A stretch of DNA of 64,000 nt from Pristiophorus japonicus (lineage: Eukaryota): the NCBI RefSeq assembly GCF_044704955.1, contig NC_091986.1:3410001-3474000 (forward strand). The letters are read 5' to 3'. Below the pieces are notes generated by a model. It was not told where the DNA came from, ran no database searches, and was given only the letters and a program-made list of their open reading frames with translations. Every line of letters begins with the position of its first letter. Within the stretch, counting starts at the first letter, position 1. Shown piece after piece: positions 23,561-36,425 of the stretch. Both the position numbers and the translations under genes were made by a program.

Positions 23561-24287
23561 GCCCTTCCATTCACCCACCTCTGCCCCATTGATGCTTGGC
23601 GCTATCTTTCCTTGCCTTACCTGTGAATTCCCTCGACTTGCGATTGTGCTCCCATACTGTGCTACACACACGATTTTATTACTTCCTCATTGAATCTTCC
23701 TGGCTATCCTGTACTCGCCTTTGTCCCTCAACTTCTTGGTTTAAATAGGCCAACATGGACTAAAATAACTAGTTTCTCCCCATGCCTCTATATTAGATCA
23801 TCCACCCATGATCAGTGATCAGTTACCCTCACATCAGGGAGACAACATACCTAGAAGTACTCATGGTTAGGTCTAGATATCTTCCTATCCAAATACCTAA
23901 AGATCAAATATCCCATAACAATTACTGATTTCCTCATCCTCTGAAATCCCTTTCCCTGCTTGCTACAGAAATACACTGGGCATAAGCCTCCAATTCTCTG
24001 TCAGTGTCAAACTTATTTCCCATTCTTATATTACAAGACAATGGAAGGTATGTAGTGACCAGATAGCAAATAGTGATATCAGTACGAGTGATAGCTCTTT
24101 TTCCTGGGAGAGGAGAAGAATGAATTCAATCAAACCATTAAACAGTGGATGAGACTAATTACCTTGCAGGTTTTGAAAAAACACAAACTGGTGTTCTATT
24201 CTTCCCAGTGGAGTATTGCTCTGATTTAATATTCATACCACATATTAAACTGTTTCAACAAAGAGAAGATATAACCTACACCTACAG

Positions 24288-24578
24288 CTTAGGGGGCATA
24301 GATTTAAAGTAATTGGTGGAAGGATTAGAGGAGATATGAGGGGGAATTTCTTCACCCAGAGGGTGGTGAGGGTCTGGAACTCACTGCCTGAAAGGGTGGT
24401 AGAGGCAAAAACCCTCACCACATTAAAAAGTACCTGAACATGCACTTGAAGTGCCGTAACTTGCAGGGCTACGGACCGAGAGCTGGAAAGTGGGATTAGG
24501 CTGGATAGCTCTTGGTCGGCCGGCACGGACATGATGGGCCGAAATGGTCTCCTTCTGTGTAAATGTCGATGATTCTAT
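24288..24578 (+). mobile_element. CR1 3'-end fragment (different subfamily)
   Basis: RGHRFKVIGGRIRGDMRGNFFTQRVVRVWNSLPE; ends GGGCCGAAATGG..GATTCTAT. Confidence 0.85.
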
Positions 24579-24955
24579 TGCAGAGCACCAAGACCCTTTG
24601 AAAGGGTGGGTGGGTGACCTGCCACAGAGCATTTGGCGATGTCTCTCTGGCCCTATTCAGTCTAAGAGGTGTGTTAAAAAGGCCAGTGTGACTTCCCTCA
24701 GTTAATTCGTCTCCCTCTATAGAAGCATTTCCCGAGAGGACAGCTGAGATCAGGAACTTACTGGCTAATTAGTCTCATCACTGTTTAGTTATGTTGCAGA
24801 ACAGATACCAGAATTTCAACAAAAATTATTTTGCGGCAATATTCCTTCTTTTAACCTATTGGCCCCCTTCCGCTTTCGTGGCTGCCCCCGTGCTACGCAC
24901 CATTCTTAGCTGAAAGGGCAAACAGGAATTGCCTACCTGGGGAAATTCCACAGCT

Positions 24956-27808
24956 ATAGAAACATAGAAAAAAGGTGCAGGAGTAGGCCATTCGGCCCTT
25001 CGAGCCTGCACCACCATTCAATAAGATCATGGCTGATCATTCCCTCAGTACCCCTTTCCTGCTTTCTCTCCATACCCCTTGATCACTTTCGCTGTAAGGT
25101 CCATATCTAACTCCGTCTTGAATATATCTAACGAACTGGCATCAACATCTCTCTGCGGCAGGGAATTCCACAGGTTAACAACTCTCTGAGTGAGGAAGTT
25201 TCTCCTCATCACAGTCCTAAATGGCCTACCCCTTATCCTAAGACTGTGACGCCTGGTTCTGGACTTCCCCAACATTGGGAACATTCCACCCGCATCTAAC
25301 CTGTCCAGTCCCGTCAGAATGTTATGTTTCTATGAGATCCCCTCTCATCTTTCTGAACTCCAATGTATAAATGCCCAGTTGATCCAGTCTCTCCTCATAT
25401 GTCAGTCCTGCCATCCCGGGAATCAGTCTGGTGAACCTTCGCTGCACTCCCTCAATAGCAAGAACTGCTTCCACAGTTTGGGAGACCAAAACTGAACACA
25501 ATATTCCAGGTGAAGCCTCATCAAGGCCCTGTACAACTGCAGTAAGACCTCCCTGCTTGAAGCTGTGAAGGCCAACATACCATTTGCCTTCTTCACCGCC
25601 TGCTGTATCTGCATGCCAACTTTCAATGACTGATGTACCATGACACCCAGGTCTCGTTGCACCTCCCCTTTTCCTAATCTGCCGCCATTCAGATAATATT
25701 CTGTCTTCGCATTTTTGCCCCCAAAGTGGATAACCTCACATTTATCCACATTATACAGCATCTGCCATGCATTTGCCCATTCACCTAACCTGTCCAAGTC
25801 ACCCTGCAGCCTCTTAGCATCCTCCTCACAGCTCACACCGCCATCCAGCTTAGTGTCATCTGCAAACTTGGAGATATTACACTCAATTCCTTCATCCAAA
25901 TCATTAATGTATATTGTAAAGAGCTAGGGTCCCAGCACTGAGCCCTGCGGCACTCCACTAGTCACTGCCTGCCATTCTGAAAAGGACCCGTTTATCCCTA
26001 TTCTCTGCTTCCTGTCTGCCAACCAGTTCCCTATCCACATCAGTATATTACCCCCTATACCATGTGCTTTGATCTTGCACACCAATCTCTTGTGTGGGAC
26101 CTTGTCAAAAGCCTTTTGAAAGTCCAAATACACCACATCCACTGGTTCTCCCTTGTCCACTCTACTAGTTACATCCTCAAAAAATTCTAAAAGATTTGTC
26201 AAGCATGATTTCCCTTTCATAAATCCATGCTGACTTGGACCGATCCTGTCACTGCTTTCCAAATGCACTGCTATTTCATCCTTAATAATTGATTCCAACA
26301 TTTTCCCCACTGCTGATGTCAGGCTAATCAGTCTATAATTACCCGCTTTCTCTCTCCCCCGCTTTTTAAAAAGTGGTGTTCTATTAGCTACCCTCCAGTC
26401 CGTAGGAACTGATCCAGAGTCGATAGACTGTTGGAAAATGATCACCAATGCATCCACTATTTCTAGGGCCACTTCCTTAAGTACTCTGGGATGCAGACTA
26501 TCAGGCCCCGGGGAATTATCGGCCTTTAATCCCATCAATTTCCCTAACACAATTTCCCGCCCAATAAGGATATCCTTCAGTTCCTCCTTCTCACTAGGCC
26601 CTCGGTCCCCTAGTACTTCTGGAAGGTTATTTGTGTCTTCCTTCGTGAAGACAGAACCAAAGTATTTGTTCAATTGGTCTGCCATTTCTTTGTTCCCCAT
26701 TATAAATTCACCTGAATCCGACTGCAAGGGACCTACGCTTGTCTTCACTAATCTTTTTCTCTTCACATATCTATCGAAGCTTTTGCAGTCAGTTTTTATG
26801 TTCCCGGTAAGCTTCTTCTGGTACCATATTTTTCCCCTCTTAATTAAACCCTTTATCCTCCTCTGCTGAATTCTAAATTTCTCCCAGTCCTCAGGTTTGT
26901 TGCTTTTTCTGGCCAATTTATATGCCTCTTCCTTGGATTTAACACTGTCCTTAATTTCCCTTGTTCGCCACGGTTGAGCCACCTTCCCCTTTTTATTTTT
27001 ACTCCAGACAGGGATGTACAATTGGTGAAGTTCATCCATGTGATCTTTAAATGTTTGCCATTGCCTATCCACCATCAACCCTTTAAGTATCATTTGCCAG
27101 TCTATTCAAGCCAACTCAGGCCTCAAACCATCGAAGTTACCTTTCCTTAAGCTCAGGACCCTAGTTTCTGAATTAACTGTGTCACTCTCCATCTTAATAA
27201 AGAATTCTACCATATTATGGTCACTCTTCCCCAAGGACCTCGCACAACAAGATTGCTAATTAGTCCTTTCTCATTACACATCACCCAGTCTAGGATGGCC
27301 AGCTCTCTAGTTGGTTCTTCGACATATTGGTCTAGAAAACCATCCCTAATACACTCCAGAAAATCCTCCTCCACCGCATTGCTACCAGTTTGGTTGGTCC
27401 AAACAATATGTAGATTAAAGTCACCCATGATAACTGCTGTACCTTTATTGCATGCATCCCTAATTTCTTGTTTGATGCTGCCCCCAACCTTACCACTACT
27501 GTTTGGTGGTCTGTACACAATGCCCACTAGCATTTTCTGCCCCTTGGTATTTCGTAGCTCCACCCATACCGATTCCACATCATCCAAGCTGATGTCCTTT
27601 CTTACTATTGCATTAATTTCCTCTTTAACCAGCAATGCCACCCCGCCTCCTTTTCCTTTCTGTCTATCTTTCCTAAATGTTGAATACCCCTGGATGTTGA
27701 GTTCCCAGCCTTGGTCACCCTGGAGCCATGTCTCCGTGATACCAATTACATCATACCCGTTAACTGCGCAGTTAATTCTTCAACTTATTCCGAATACTCC
27801 TTGCATTG
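24956..27808 (-). mobile_element. CR1 LINE with near-complete ORF2, truncated at the start of APE
   Basis: ORFs 27207-27641 (APE), 25924-27093 and 25423-25899 (RT), 25045-25284; tail at 24956. Confidence 0.95.
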
Positions 27809-29204
27809 GCTCTGTGCCTCAATGCGAGGAGTATTCCCCAGGGAAAGGATCCTACCTTGTGCTTGGAACCTCCCCACAGCAGCAAAGCTAAGAGCAGGAA
27901 CGCAGTGTGAGGAGAATTGTGAGCAAGAAGCAGTGTGCTCCCATTCAAGTGTCACATGAGTCTGCACAGCCACCCCATCCATATTAAAATTATTCTCAAA
28001 TAAAATGATATATTGATGCAGAATCTTTTTCAGAGTACGCCAGGGTAGAAAGAAGTGGCCAATCACCATATCAATTGAGTTTACTCTGTCAGCTATAGAT
28101 AAAGCCTCAAGAAAACGGTTTCAACTTGAAGATACTAATAGAATTGACTAATACACAGTCGAGAAAGGGCAGCTTTACAATTCAAAATTCGGGGGTGGTT
28201 GTCTCTGAAGACTGGCAATATTCTTAGTGGAAGATGAATAAGTGAATTGTTCTTCATCCAACACATTGAAAAAAGCCCCGTGAGGCCAGAAGAAAATGCC
28301 ATTTCTCATTTATAGAATATATGAAATAACCTGGCTCAAAATGTTACATGAAAATAAATGCATTTATGGATTGATTGCAAATAGAACTGTGCTGTAGAAC
28401 TCTTACAAAGATAAACCATGGTTATAGATTTTCTCAGTTAAGAAAGGTGAGATAAGATATACATCAGTCGTTTGGCTGCAATGTATGTCAAGGTCACAGC
28501 AAGGATTCTGTAAGCTTGGATGTAAACATCTTTAAGGTAAAGCTATCTAACTCATTTAGAAGGAGCATTCTCAACAACATTCTACGTAAAGGCCTCTTTA
28601 TATTTTCAACATTACACTGCTGTGACAGTTGCTTTAGAGCCACAACTATATAAACCTGCCAGCAAATACACGACCTTCAAATATTCAAATGAAACAGTTT
28701 GCAAAATGTACCAGATTTCATAAGTGCAGCAGCAGAGCTGATAAATGCTTCACAGGACAAATTACAGCGTGGTGTCCCCAATCCTGCGATCCTTCGCAAT
28801 TCTCGGCAGAGACAAGAGGGTACAATCAGCATCTGATGTCATAATGCATTGGAATAAATAATTGTACAGGTGTGAGTGTCCCTGCTGTGAAATGGTCCAT
28901 TTTGCACAGATTAGTGGGAAAAAGCATTCCTAATAATTTAGTGAGGAAAACAAGGATGGTCTTCTGCTGTCTTCATCCAGTATCTAATAATCTAGTGGAG
29001 GAGAGATATAATGAGCATGTCTGATCTCTGGCCGTTATCCTGGAATCCTCAAAGAAGAGAGAAGAAAAATAGGCAAGAGCCAGATTAATATTTTAAGAGC
29101 TCCATAAATAAAGCAGCTGCACCCGAGGACTGAACAACAGCAAATCTTTTTTCCATTATTAAAATAAAAGGAGGGAGGCATAAATCTGTGCATCTTTTAT
29201 ATTT

Positions 29205-29557
29205 GCCAATTTCCCTCCCTTCTCCTCGCCCAGAGGTGGGGAGTCGCTGCTGGGGCATTATTTTCAAGGTGCTATTCACCCTTGGCATGTGGGGTAAGTG
29301 GCCAGGAATCAGGAAGGAGCCTGGCCATGGGCAATGTTGGCTATTTAACTACGGAGGGCATTATGGCCAAACCTGCCCTGTCCTCAAATGACACCCACAC
29401 TCACACACTTCCAGCGAGGGTCAAGGGCTCGCAATTCGATACAGGAACACCGACTATTGTTATTTTCCCAGATCCAGGATGCTGAACCCAATTATAAGCT
29501 AACTCAGATCTTGCCTGGCATCAAGACCCTTTTGTGAGGGTGATTCGTGACCAGCTA
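29205..29557 (-). mobile_element. Old tRNA-derived SINE remnant (similar to 47555-47780); appears to continue at ~31957-32018
   Basis: Decayed AGCTAACTCAG../GGAATTGAAC box-B-like motifs; by-eye similarity only. Confidence 0.35.
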
Positions 29558-29574
29558 CTGGCCCTTTGGTCATA

Positions 29575-31938
29575 TGTGGTCAGTGCTTCGATGCTGGGGG
29601 TGTTGGCCTGATTGAGGACACTGATGTTGGTGCATCTATCCTCCCAGGGGATTTGCCACACTCAACCAGCTCCGTTGGGGCAGGCCACATCGTCCGCATG
29701 CCTGACACAAGACTCCCAAAGCAAGCGCTCTACTCGGAACTCCTACACACAAGCGAGCCCAAGGTGGGTAGAGGAAACGTTTCAAGGACACCCTCAAAGC
29801 CTCCTTGATAAAGTGCAAAATCCCCACCGACACCTGGGACTCCCTGGTCAAAGACCGCCCTAAATAGAGGAAGAGCATCCGGGAGGACACTGAGCACCTC
29901 GAGTCTCGTCGCCGAGAGCATGCAGAAAACAAGCACAGGCAGCGGAAGGAGTGTGCGGCAAACCAGACTCCCCACCCATCCTTTCCCTCAACCACTGTCT
30001 GTCCCACCTGTGACAGAGACTGTAATTCCCATATTGGACTGTTCAGTCATAGAAACATAGAAAATAGGTGTAGGAGTAGTCCATTCGGCCCTTCGAGTCT
30101 GCACCACCATTCAATAAGATCATGGCTGATCATTCACCTCAGTAACGTTTTCCTGCTTCTTCTCCATACCCCTTGATCCCTTTAGTCGTAAGGGCCATAT
30201 CTAACTCACTCTTGAATATATCCAATAAACTGGCATCAACAACTCTCTGCGGTAGAGAATTCCACAGGTTCACAATTCTCTGAGTGAAAAAGTTTCTCCT
30301 CATCTCGGTCCTAAATGGCTTACCCCTTATCCTTAGACTGTGACCCCTGGTTCTGGACTTCCCCAACATCGGGAACATTCTTCCTGTATCTAACCTGTCC
30401 AGTCCCGTCAGAATTTTATATGTTTCTATGAGATCCCCTCTCATCCTTCTAAACTCCAGTGAATACAGGCCCAGTCGATCCAGTCTCTCCTCATAGGTCA
30501 GTCTTGCCATTCCAGGAATCAATCTGGTGAACCTTCTTGCTATTGAGGGAGTGCAGCGAAGGTCTTTCCTCAGATTAGGAGACCAAAACTAACACAATAT
30601 TCCAGGTGAGGCCTCACCAAGGCCCTGTACAACTGCAGTAAGACCTCCCTGCTCCTATACTCAAATCCCCTAGCTATGAAGGTCAACATACCATTTGCCT
30701 TCTTCACCGCCTGCTGTACTTGTATGCCAACTTTCAATGACTGATGTACCATGACACCCAGGTCTCGTTGCACCTCCCCTTTTCCTAATCTGCCACCATT
30801 CAGATAATATTCTGCCTTCCTGTTTTTGCCACCAAAGTGGATAACCTCACACTTATCCACATTATACGGCATCTGCCATGCATTTGCCCATTCACCGAAT
30901 CTGTCCAAGTCACCCTGCAGCCTCTTAGCATCGTCCTCACAGCTCACATCGCCACCCAGCTTAGTGTCATCTGCAAACTTGGAGATATTACATTCAATTC
31001 CTTCATCCAAATCATTGATGTATATTGTAAATAGCTGGGGTTCCAGCACTGAGCCCTGCGGTACTCCACTAGTCACTGCCTGCCATTCTGAAAAGGACCC
31101 GTTTATCCCTACTCTCTGCTTCCTGTCTGCCAACCAGTTCTCTACCCTCGTCAGTATATTACCCCCAATACCATGTGCTTTAATTTTGCATACCAATCTC
31201 TTGTGTGGGACCTTGTCAAAAGCTTTTTGAAAGTCCAAATGCACCACATCCACTGGTTCTCCCTTGTCCACTCTACTAGTTACATCCTCAAAAAATTCAT
31301 TAAGATTTGTTAAGTATGATTTCCCTTTCATAAATCCATGCTGACTTGGACTGATCCGGTCACTGCTTTCCAAATGCATTGCTATTTCATCCTTAATAAA
31401 TGATTCAAACATTTTCCCCACTACCGATGTCAGACTAACCAATCTATAATTCCCCGTTTTCTCTCTCCCTCCTTTTTTAAAAAGTGGTGTTACATTAGCT
31501 ACCCTCCAGTCCATAGGAACTGATCCAGAGTCGATAGACTGTTGGAAAATGATCACCAATGCATCCACTATTTCTAGGGCCACTTCCTTAAGTACTCTGG
31601 GTTGCAGACTATCAGGCCCTGGGGATTTATCGGCCTTCAATCCCATCAATTTCCCCAACACAATTTCCTGACTCATAAGGATTTCCTTCAGTTCCTCCTT
31701 CTCGCTAGACCCGCGATCCCCTCGTATTTCCAGAAGGTTATTTGTGTCTTCCTTCATGAAAACAGAACCAAAGTATTTGTTCAATTGGTCTGCCATTTCT
31801 TTGTTTCCCATTATAAATTCACCTGATTCTGACTGCAAGGGACCTACGTTTGTCTTCACTAATCCTTTTCAACCGAGAACTCACTTCTGGATTGGTAGCA
31901 AGTCTTCCTTGATTTCAAGGGACTGCCTATGATGACGG
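29575..31938 (+). mobile_element. RTE LINE 3' portion with inverted 5' segment (29575-29655), interrupted by a CR1
   Basis: RMPDTRLPKQALYSEL and C2H2 CPTCDRDC; resumes at ~31872 with GAGAACTCAC..GGGACTGCCTATGATGA; degenerate 18 bp TSD (29558-29575 / 31939-31956). Confidence 0.88.
30050..31866 (-). mobile_element. 5'-truncated CR1 LINE nested in the RTE
   Basis: 429 aa open RT frame 30570-31859(-) and C-terminus 30139-30522(-); tail at 30050. Confidence 0.95.
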
Positions 31939-32018
31939 CTAGCCCTTTGGCAATATCTCTCAGCTACCTCAACACAGAGCAGGAATTGAACAGAGGACTT
32001 GGCTGCTCTGTTTGGTTT

Positions 32019-32470
32019 CATCATAATAGGCAGTCGCTCGAAACGAGGATGACTTGCGTCCACGCCAAAAAGGGTGAGTTTACAGGTGTTTCATTGAAAG
32101 ACCTAATATTCCAGATCCTGAACTACATCCTGAAGGGTGGAAGATGCCTGTGCGTGGATTTTTTTAATGTGGGGTGGCCGTTGCACACCAGCCACCACAC
32201 AGGACTGACAGAGCGAGGTCTTGGTCCAGTGGTAAGGATTAACCAAGACGACGGGAGACCTGCTCTGCTGCATGGACCTAGTGAGCACACATATCGCAGT
32301 GTGGGCTGGGCCCGTGCTGCCCCTGGGCCCCTGGCCCCGAACTCACGCCTCTCCTGGGCCCCGATCACATCCCTCCACAGACTCTCGCCGCTCCTGCTGT
32401 ATCTGCCCACGCTCCAATCACCGACCTGGACCTTGATGATGTCACTCCATACCACTTCAATGCAAGCTGG
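32019..32470 (-). mobile_element. Non-autonomous RTE-tailed retroposon, copy 2
   Basis: Homologous to 12180-12682; perfect 10 bp TSD TGTTTGGTTT at 32009-32018 and 32471-32480. Confidence 0.85.
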
Positions 32471-32962
32471 TGTTTGGTTTAGCTGCCCAGTGGATAAACT
32501 TCTATCTAATCTACCTGAGCTGGATTCAAACCCAGGACTTCGAGGTAACCCAATGTACCACACAGGGCATCTCCCTCTTGCTCTGCCTTATGAAGGTGAT
32601 TTAAGGCTCATTGAATCAATGGCACATAAATTAACTCTATTGAAAACTGGTTCAAAAACAGAAAGTAGAAGGAATGCTGGTTGTCGTGGTTTCCAAGCAG
32701 GAAAGGAGGAAATTGGGAAAGGGGAAGACGGAAGGTCACTCTCTCTCTCTTTGGGTATTGATGAGTGACGCTCTGCTGTTACGAATAGTGTCACAACAGG
32801 TAATGCACTTGAAAATTAATTGTGTGAAGCACTTTTAAATGTTTTAATGTAAGGCAGTCTCCAAATTCAAACATTATTTCTTCATAAATTATATGAAGGA
32901 AGGTACATGTTGATGGCAACACCAAATTATATAACATGATCTTGCATTTATATCGCAGCCCT

Positions 32963-33220
32963 CAACAACAACAACTTGTATTTATATAGCGCCTTTAACA
33001 TAGTAAAACGTCCCAAGGTGCTTCACAGCAATGTTATAAAACAAAACAAATACATGTGACACAGAGTCATATAAAAATAAATTACGCAGATGACCGAAAG
33101 CTTGGTCAAAGAGGTTTTAAGGAGCGTCTTAAAAGGAGGAAAGAGAGGTAGAGAGGCGGCGAGGTTTAGGGAGGGAGTTCCAGAGCTTGGGGCCCAGGCA
33201 ACAGAAGGCACGGCCACCAG
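32963..33220 (-). mobile_element. L2 LINE 3' end
   Basis: AFSCLGP.LWNSLP-type region and the GGCGCTATATAAATACAAGTTGTTGTTG tail on the minus strand. Confidence 0.85.
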
Positions 33221-33229
33221 AATAAAAAC

Positions 33230-33870
33230 ATTTGAAAGCGCTTTACAATGGAAGAGGTGGGCACCAAGCAGGAAAGGAGGAAACTGGGGAAGGGGAAGAC
33301 TGAAGACATGGTCAGGATTTTAGGAGGCCTTTGAAGGCAGAGAGAGGGATAGCAGCATTACATATATCAGGGGTGTACTGACTGAAGGGTCAGCCTCTGA
33401 TGGCGGTGCAGAAGATCGAGCAGCAAACTGGTGTCAGCAGTAGGCAGGGATCGATGGCGGGAGAAGATTAGCCAAACAGGATGGAGTAAAGCTGGGAACA
33501 GACATGAAAATGAAGATGTGAATTTTACAATGGTTTTGCTGCAGGGAAGTTACAGGTGACACTTGGCAAAAGGAGGATTGTGGTGGGTGTGCAGACGGAG
33601 TCCGGATCAGTGCTCTGGGTTACCTGAAGTTTTAGAAGGCTGATAGCCAATCCTCAAGGTAATGAAGGTATGGATTAATATTTCAGCAGATCTGGAGACA
33701 GATGATTTGGGCATAAAGTGGCAATCTTCCAGAAGTGGAATAATGATGTTGGAAACAGACTGAATGTGGAGTTAAAAAGCTCAGCACAGTGTCAAAGTGA
33801 ACACCAAGATTGAATATCACTGCATTGGTCCCGAGCATTATGCCACGTAGGCTGGTGAATTAGGAGCCGG
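33230..33870 (-). mobile_element. Older, decayed L2 fragment
   Basis: Degenerate similarity to the L2 copies at 37678 and 39230 (GGATTAATATTTCAGCAG, GTCAAAGTGAACACCAAG). Confidence 0.5.
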
Positions 33871-33882
33871 TGGAGCTGGCAG

Positions 33883-34485
33883 CATGGACCATGTACAGTA
33901 GACACCTCAAGTCGTTGGAGAAATACCACCAATGATGTCTCCACAATATCCTACAAATCCCCTGGGAGGACAGATGCACCAACATCAGCGTCCTCGGCCA
34001 AGCCAACATCCCCAGCATCGAAGCACTGACCACACTTGATCAGCTCCGCTGGGCGGGCCACATAGTTCGCATGCCAGACACAAGACTCCCAAAGCAAGTG
34101 CTCTACTCGGAACTCCTTCACTGTAAACGAGCCAAAGATGGGCAGAGGAAACGTTACAAGGACACCCTCAAAGCCTCCCTGATAAAGTGCAACATCCCCA
34201 CTGACACTTGGGAGTCCCTGGCCAAAGACTGCCCTCAGTGGAGGAAGTGCATCCAGGAGGGCGCTGAGCACCTCAACTCTCATCGCCGAGAGCAAGCAGA
34301 AAACAAGCGCAGGCAGCGGAAGGAGCGTGCGGCAAACCAGTCCCACCCACCCTTTCCTTCAACAACTATCTGTCCCACCTGTGACAGAGATTGTAATTCT
34401 CGTATTGAACTGTTCAGTCACCTGAGAACTCCCTTTAAAGTGGAAGCAAGTCTTCCTCGATTCCGAGGGACTGCCTATGATGAGA
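33883..34485 (+). mobile_element. 5'-truncated RTE LINE
   Basis: ORF 34071-34592 MPDTRLPKQVLYSEL..GQRKRYKDTLK..CPTCDRDC...SHLRT; ATGATGA tail; TSD TGG(A/T)GCTGGCAG at 33871-33882 and 34486-34497. Confidence 0.92.
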
Positions 34486-34529
34486 TGGTGCTGGCAGGGT
34501 GGTTTTGCTTTTATGTAGTAGCCAAATTC

Positions 34530-35340
34530 AAGAGGGATACCATCCAAAGTAACCTGAAACAATTAATGGATGGGTCAAGCAACAACAAATGAATTTTAAA
34601 GTGGATGGAAGTGAAATAACGCATATTGGAACAGGAAACAGGAAAGCTGTACATCAGCCAAGGTCGGGAAGATTCAACTGCGATTACTGATGTGGATAAA
34701 AAAAAATCCAGTCAAATTGAAACCATTAACAAGACTAATCAAGTACTGATTTGTATCTTTAAGACATTTAATTCTAAATCAAAATAGGTTATTCTAACCT
34801 TGACTAGATCAGTTGTGAGGTCAAATTTGGAACAGCATCTTTAGTTTTCGGCAGCTTTGCCCATCAAAAGGACAACTGTCGACAAGAGCAGTTTAAAGAA
34901 AGCAAGACTTGCATTTATATAGCGCCTTTCACGACCACCGGACGTCTCAAAGCGCTTTACAGCCAATGAAGTTTAAAGAGTGAAAAAGATGACTGCTAGT
35001 TTTGGTACTCTAAGTAATCGAGAGGGACTCCAAACTGAACTGGTTCTCATTGGGGAAATTAAGGCTGAAAGGACACATGATCAAAGCTTCTGAAGTAAAC
35101 GAGAGGAATAGATAATGTGAATGAAGCTTGATACTGAACTTGGATTGTGGAGACTGAGCAACAACACAGCACGACATCAACAAACCCGGAACTAGACTTC
35201 AGATTGCAAGTAATCCACTCAGCTGTGTGAAATAGAATTCCAGCTGAAGCAGTTAATATCTTTATTTTTAGAAAGGCTGGCTGAATATCCGCTTAAAACA
35301 GGATTGAGCGCTATATGAATAAGTACAGATAAAGATTGGG
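34530..35340 (+). mobile_element. Ancient CR1 ORF2 3' remnant
   Basis: Decayed IQSNL.QL.DGS, VILTL..VVRSNLE.., GHMIKASE motifs. Confidence 0.5.
34900..34969 (-). mobile_element. Short Deu-SINE/L2-type 3' tail insertion
   Basis: AAGACTTGCATTTATATAGCGCCTTTCACGAC..; flanked by AGTTTAAAGA at 34890-34899 and 34970-34979. Confidence 0.8.
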
Positions 35341-35744
35341 AAATGCTGTGATTGTCTGATGCTTTCTGAACTGCGGGGACCCTGGCAATATCACGCCGAG
35401 GAAGATAAGTGGGTTCTGCTGAATTTCACCAAAGTTAAGACAGCGGATCAGGAAAGGTCCCAGGGAGATTTGCAGCAATGATGTGGGAGGTCAGTTAATT
35501 AGATTTTTGTTCAATTTACCTGAAAAGCCTACCCGCTGGTGATTAATTACATTGGCTGAAGTCCATGATCGACTGATTTTATCTGATCTGTGGCAGTGCC
35601 TGAATAATTGGCTTTTTGCCCGTTCAATGTATCTGCCAGCATTATCATCAGGAGCCTGGTTTGAAAAGAGCTAATATATGACCTGATGGTATGTATTGGT
35701 CTGATCAGGAACAGAGACACCCTCAGAGTGACAATGCATTCACC

Positions 35745-36425
35745 CAGTATGTGGTGTAAAACTTTTGCCTTTATTGTCGGCAACTATCTCGGCGGTACAG
35801 TGGTTTTTCCACCCGGCGAAATTTTCCACTTGAGTTTCTTCACTTCTGAAGATGCCTGCCGGGACCAAACCGCCCACGTGCAACGGCGAGAACAACCGGC
35901 AGGGCATAAGTATGGGCTCAACCACCGGCGTCCAGATCACCGAGAGACCCGCCCTGTAAAAGCTGCTTAAACCGGGCGGTAAGGGGGGTACCCTACAAAG
36001 AAAGGTTAGGTAAAGGTTCTTTATTGATTTTTTAAATATTTTAAAATGCCGATTAGGTTTAAAACTGTCTTGGGACTGCTTTGTACATTTTTATTTATTT
36101 TTTAATGAGATTTTTTTTTGAAGTTTGCCCCTCCCCCTCCCTAGGCCCAACCGCAGCCTCAGAGTAAATTTTAGTACTGACCATCCATTCGGTAACGAAC
36201 GCCCATGTTGCTAACTTTCCACTTACCCGCTGAGAAAACCGCCGACAATGAGTGTGTGCAAGGCCCATTTTCTCGCCGGGCGATTACTTTTAATTACTTT
36301 AAATGTAAAAATGGAAATTCTCGCCAGCGTTACTCACCAAACGTTAGCGGTTCTGCTCAGCGGGCAATCGGGAGTCGAGGGCCGGTCGGGAAAGTCTTGC
36401 CCAAAACATTTTACCCAAATTAACT
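35745..36425. mobile_element. Probable non-autonomous DNA transposon (Harbinger-like)
   Basis: CpG-rich block with an AAGGTTAGG..poly-T core; ends GTAAAACTTTTG / CAAAACATTTTAC are roughly inverted. Confidence 0.45.

Noticed and set aside
31929-32768. 279 aa ORF as a novel gene
   Set aside because: Runs across an RTE tail, SINE remnants and the antisense strand of the RTE-tailed element; not preserved in sister copies
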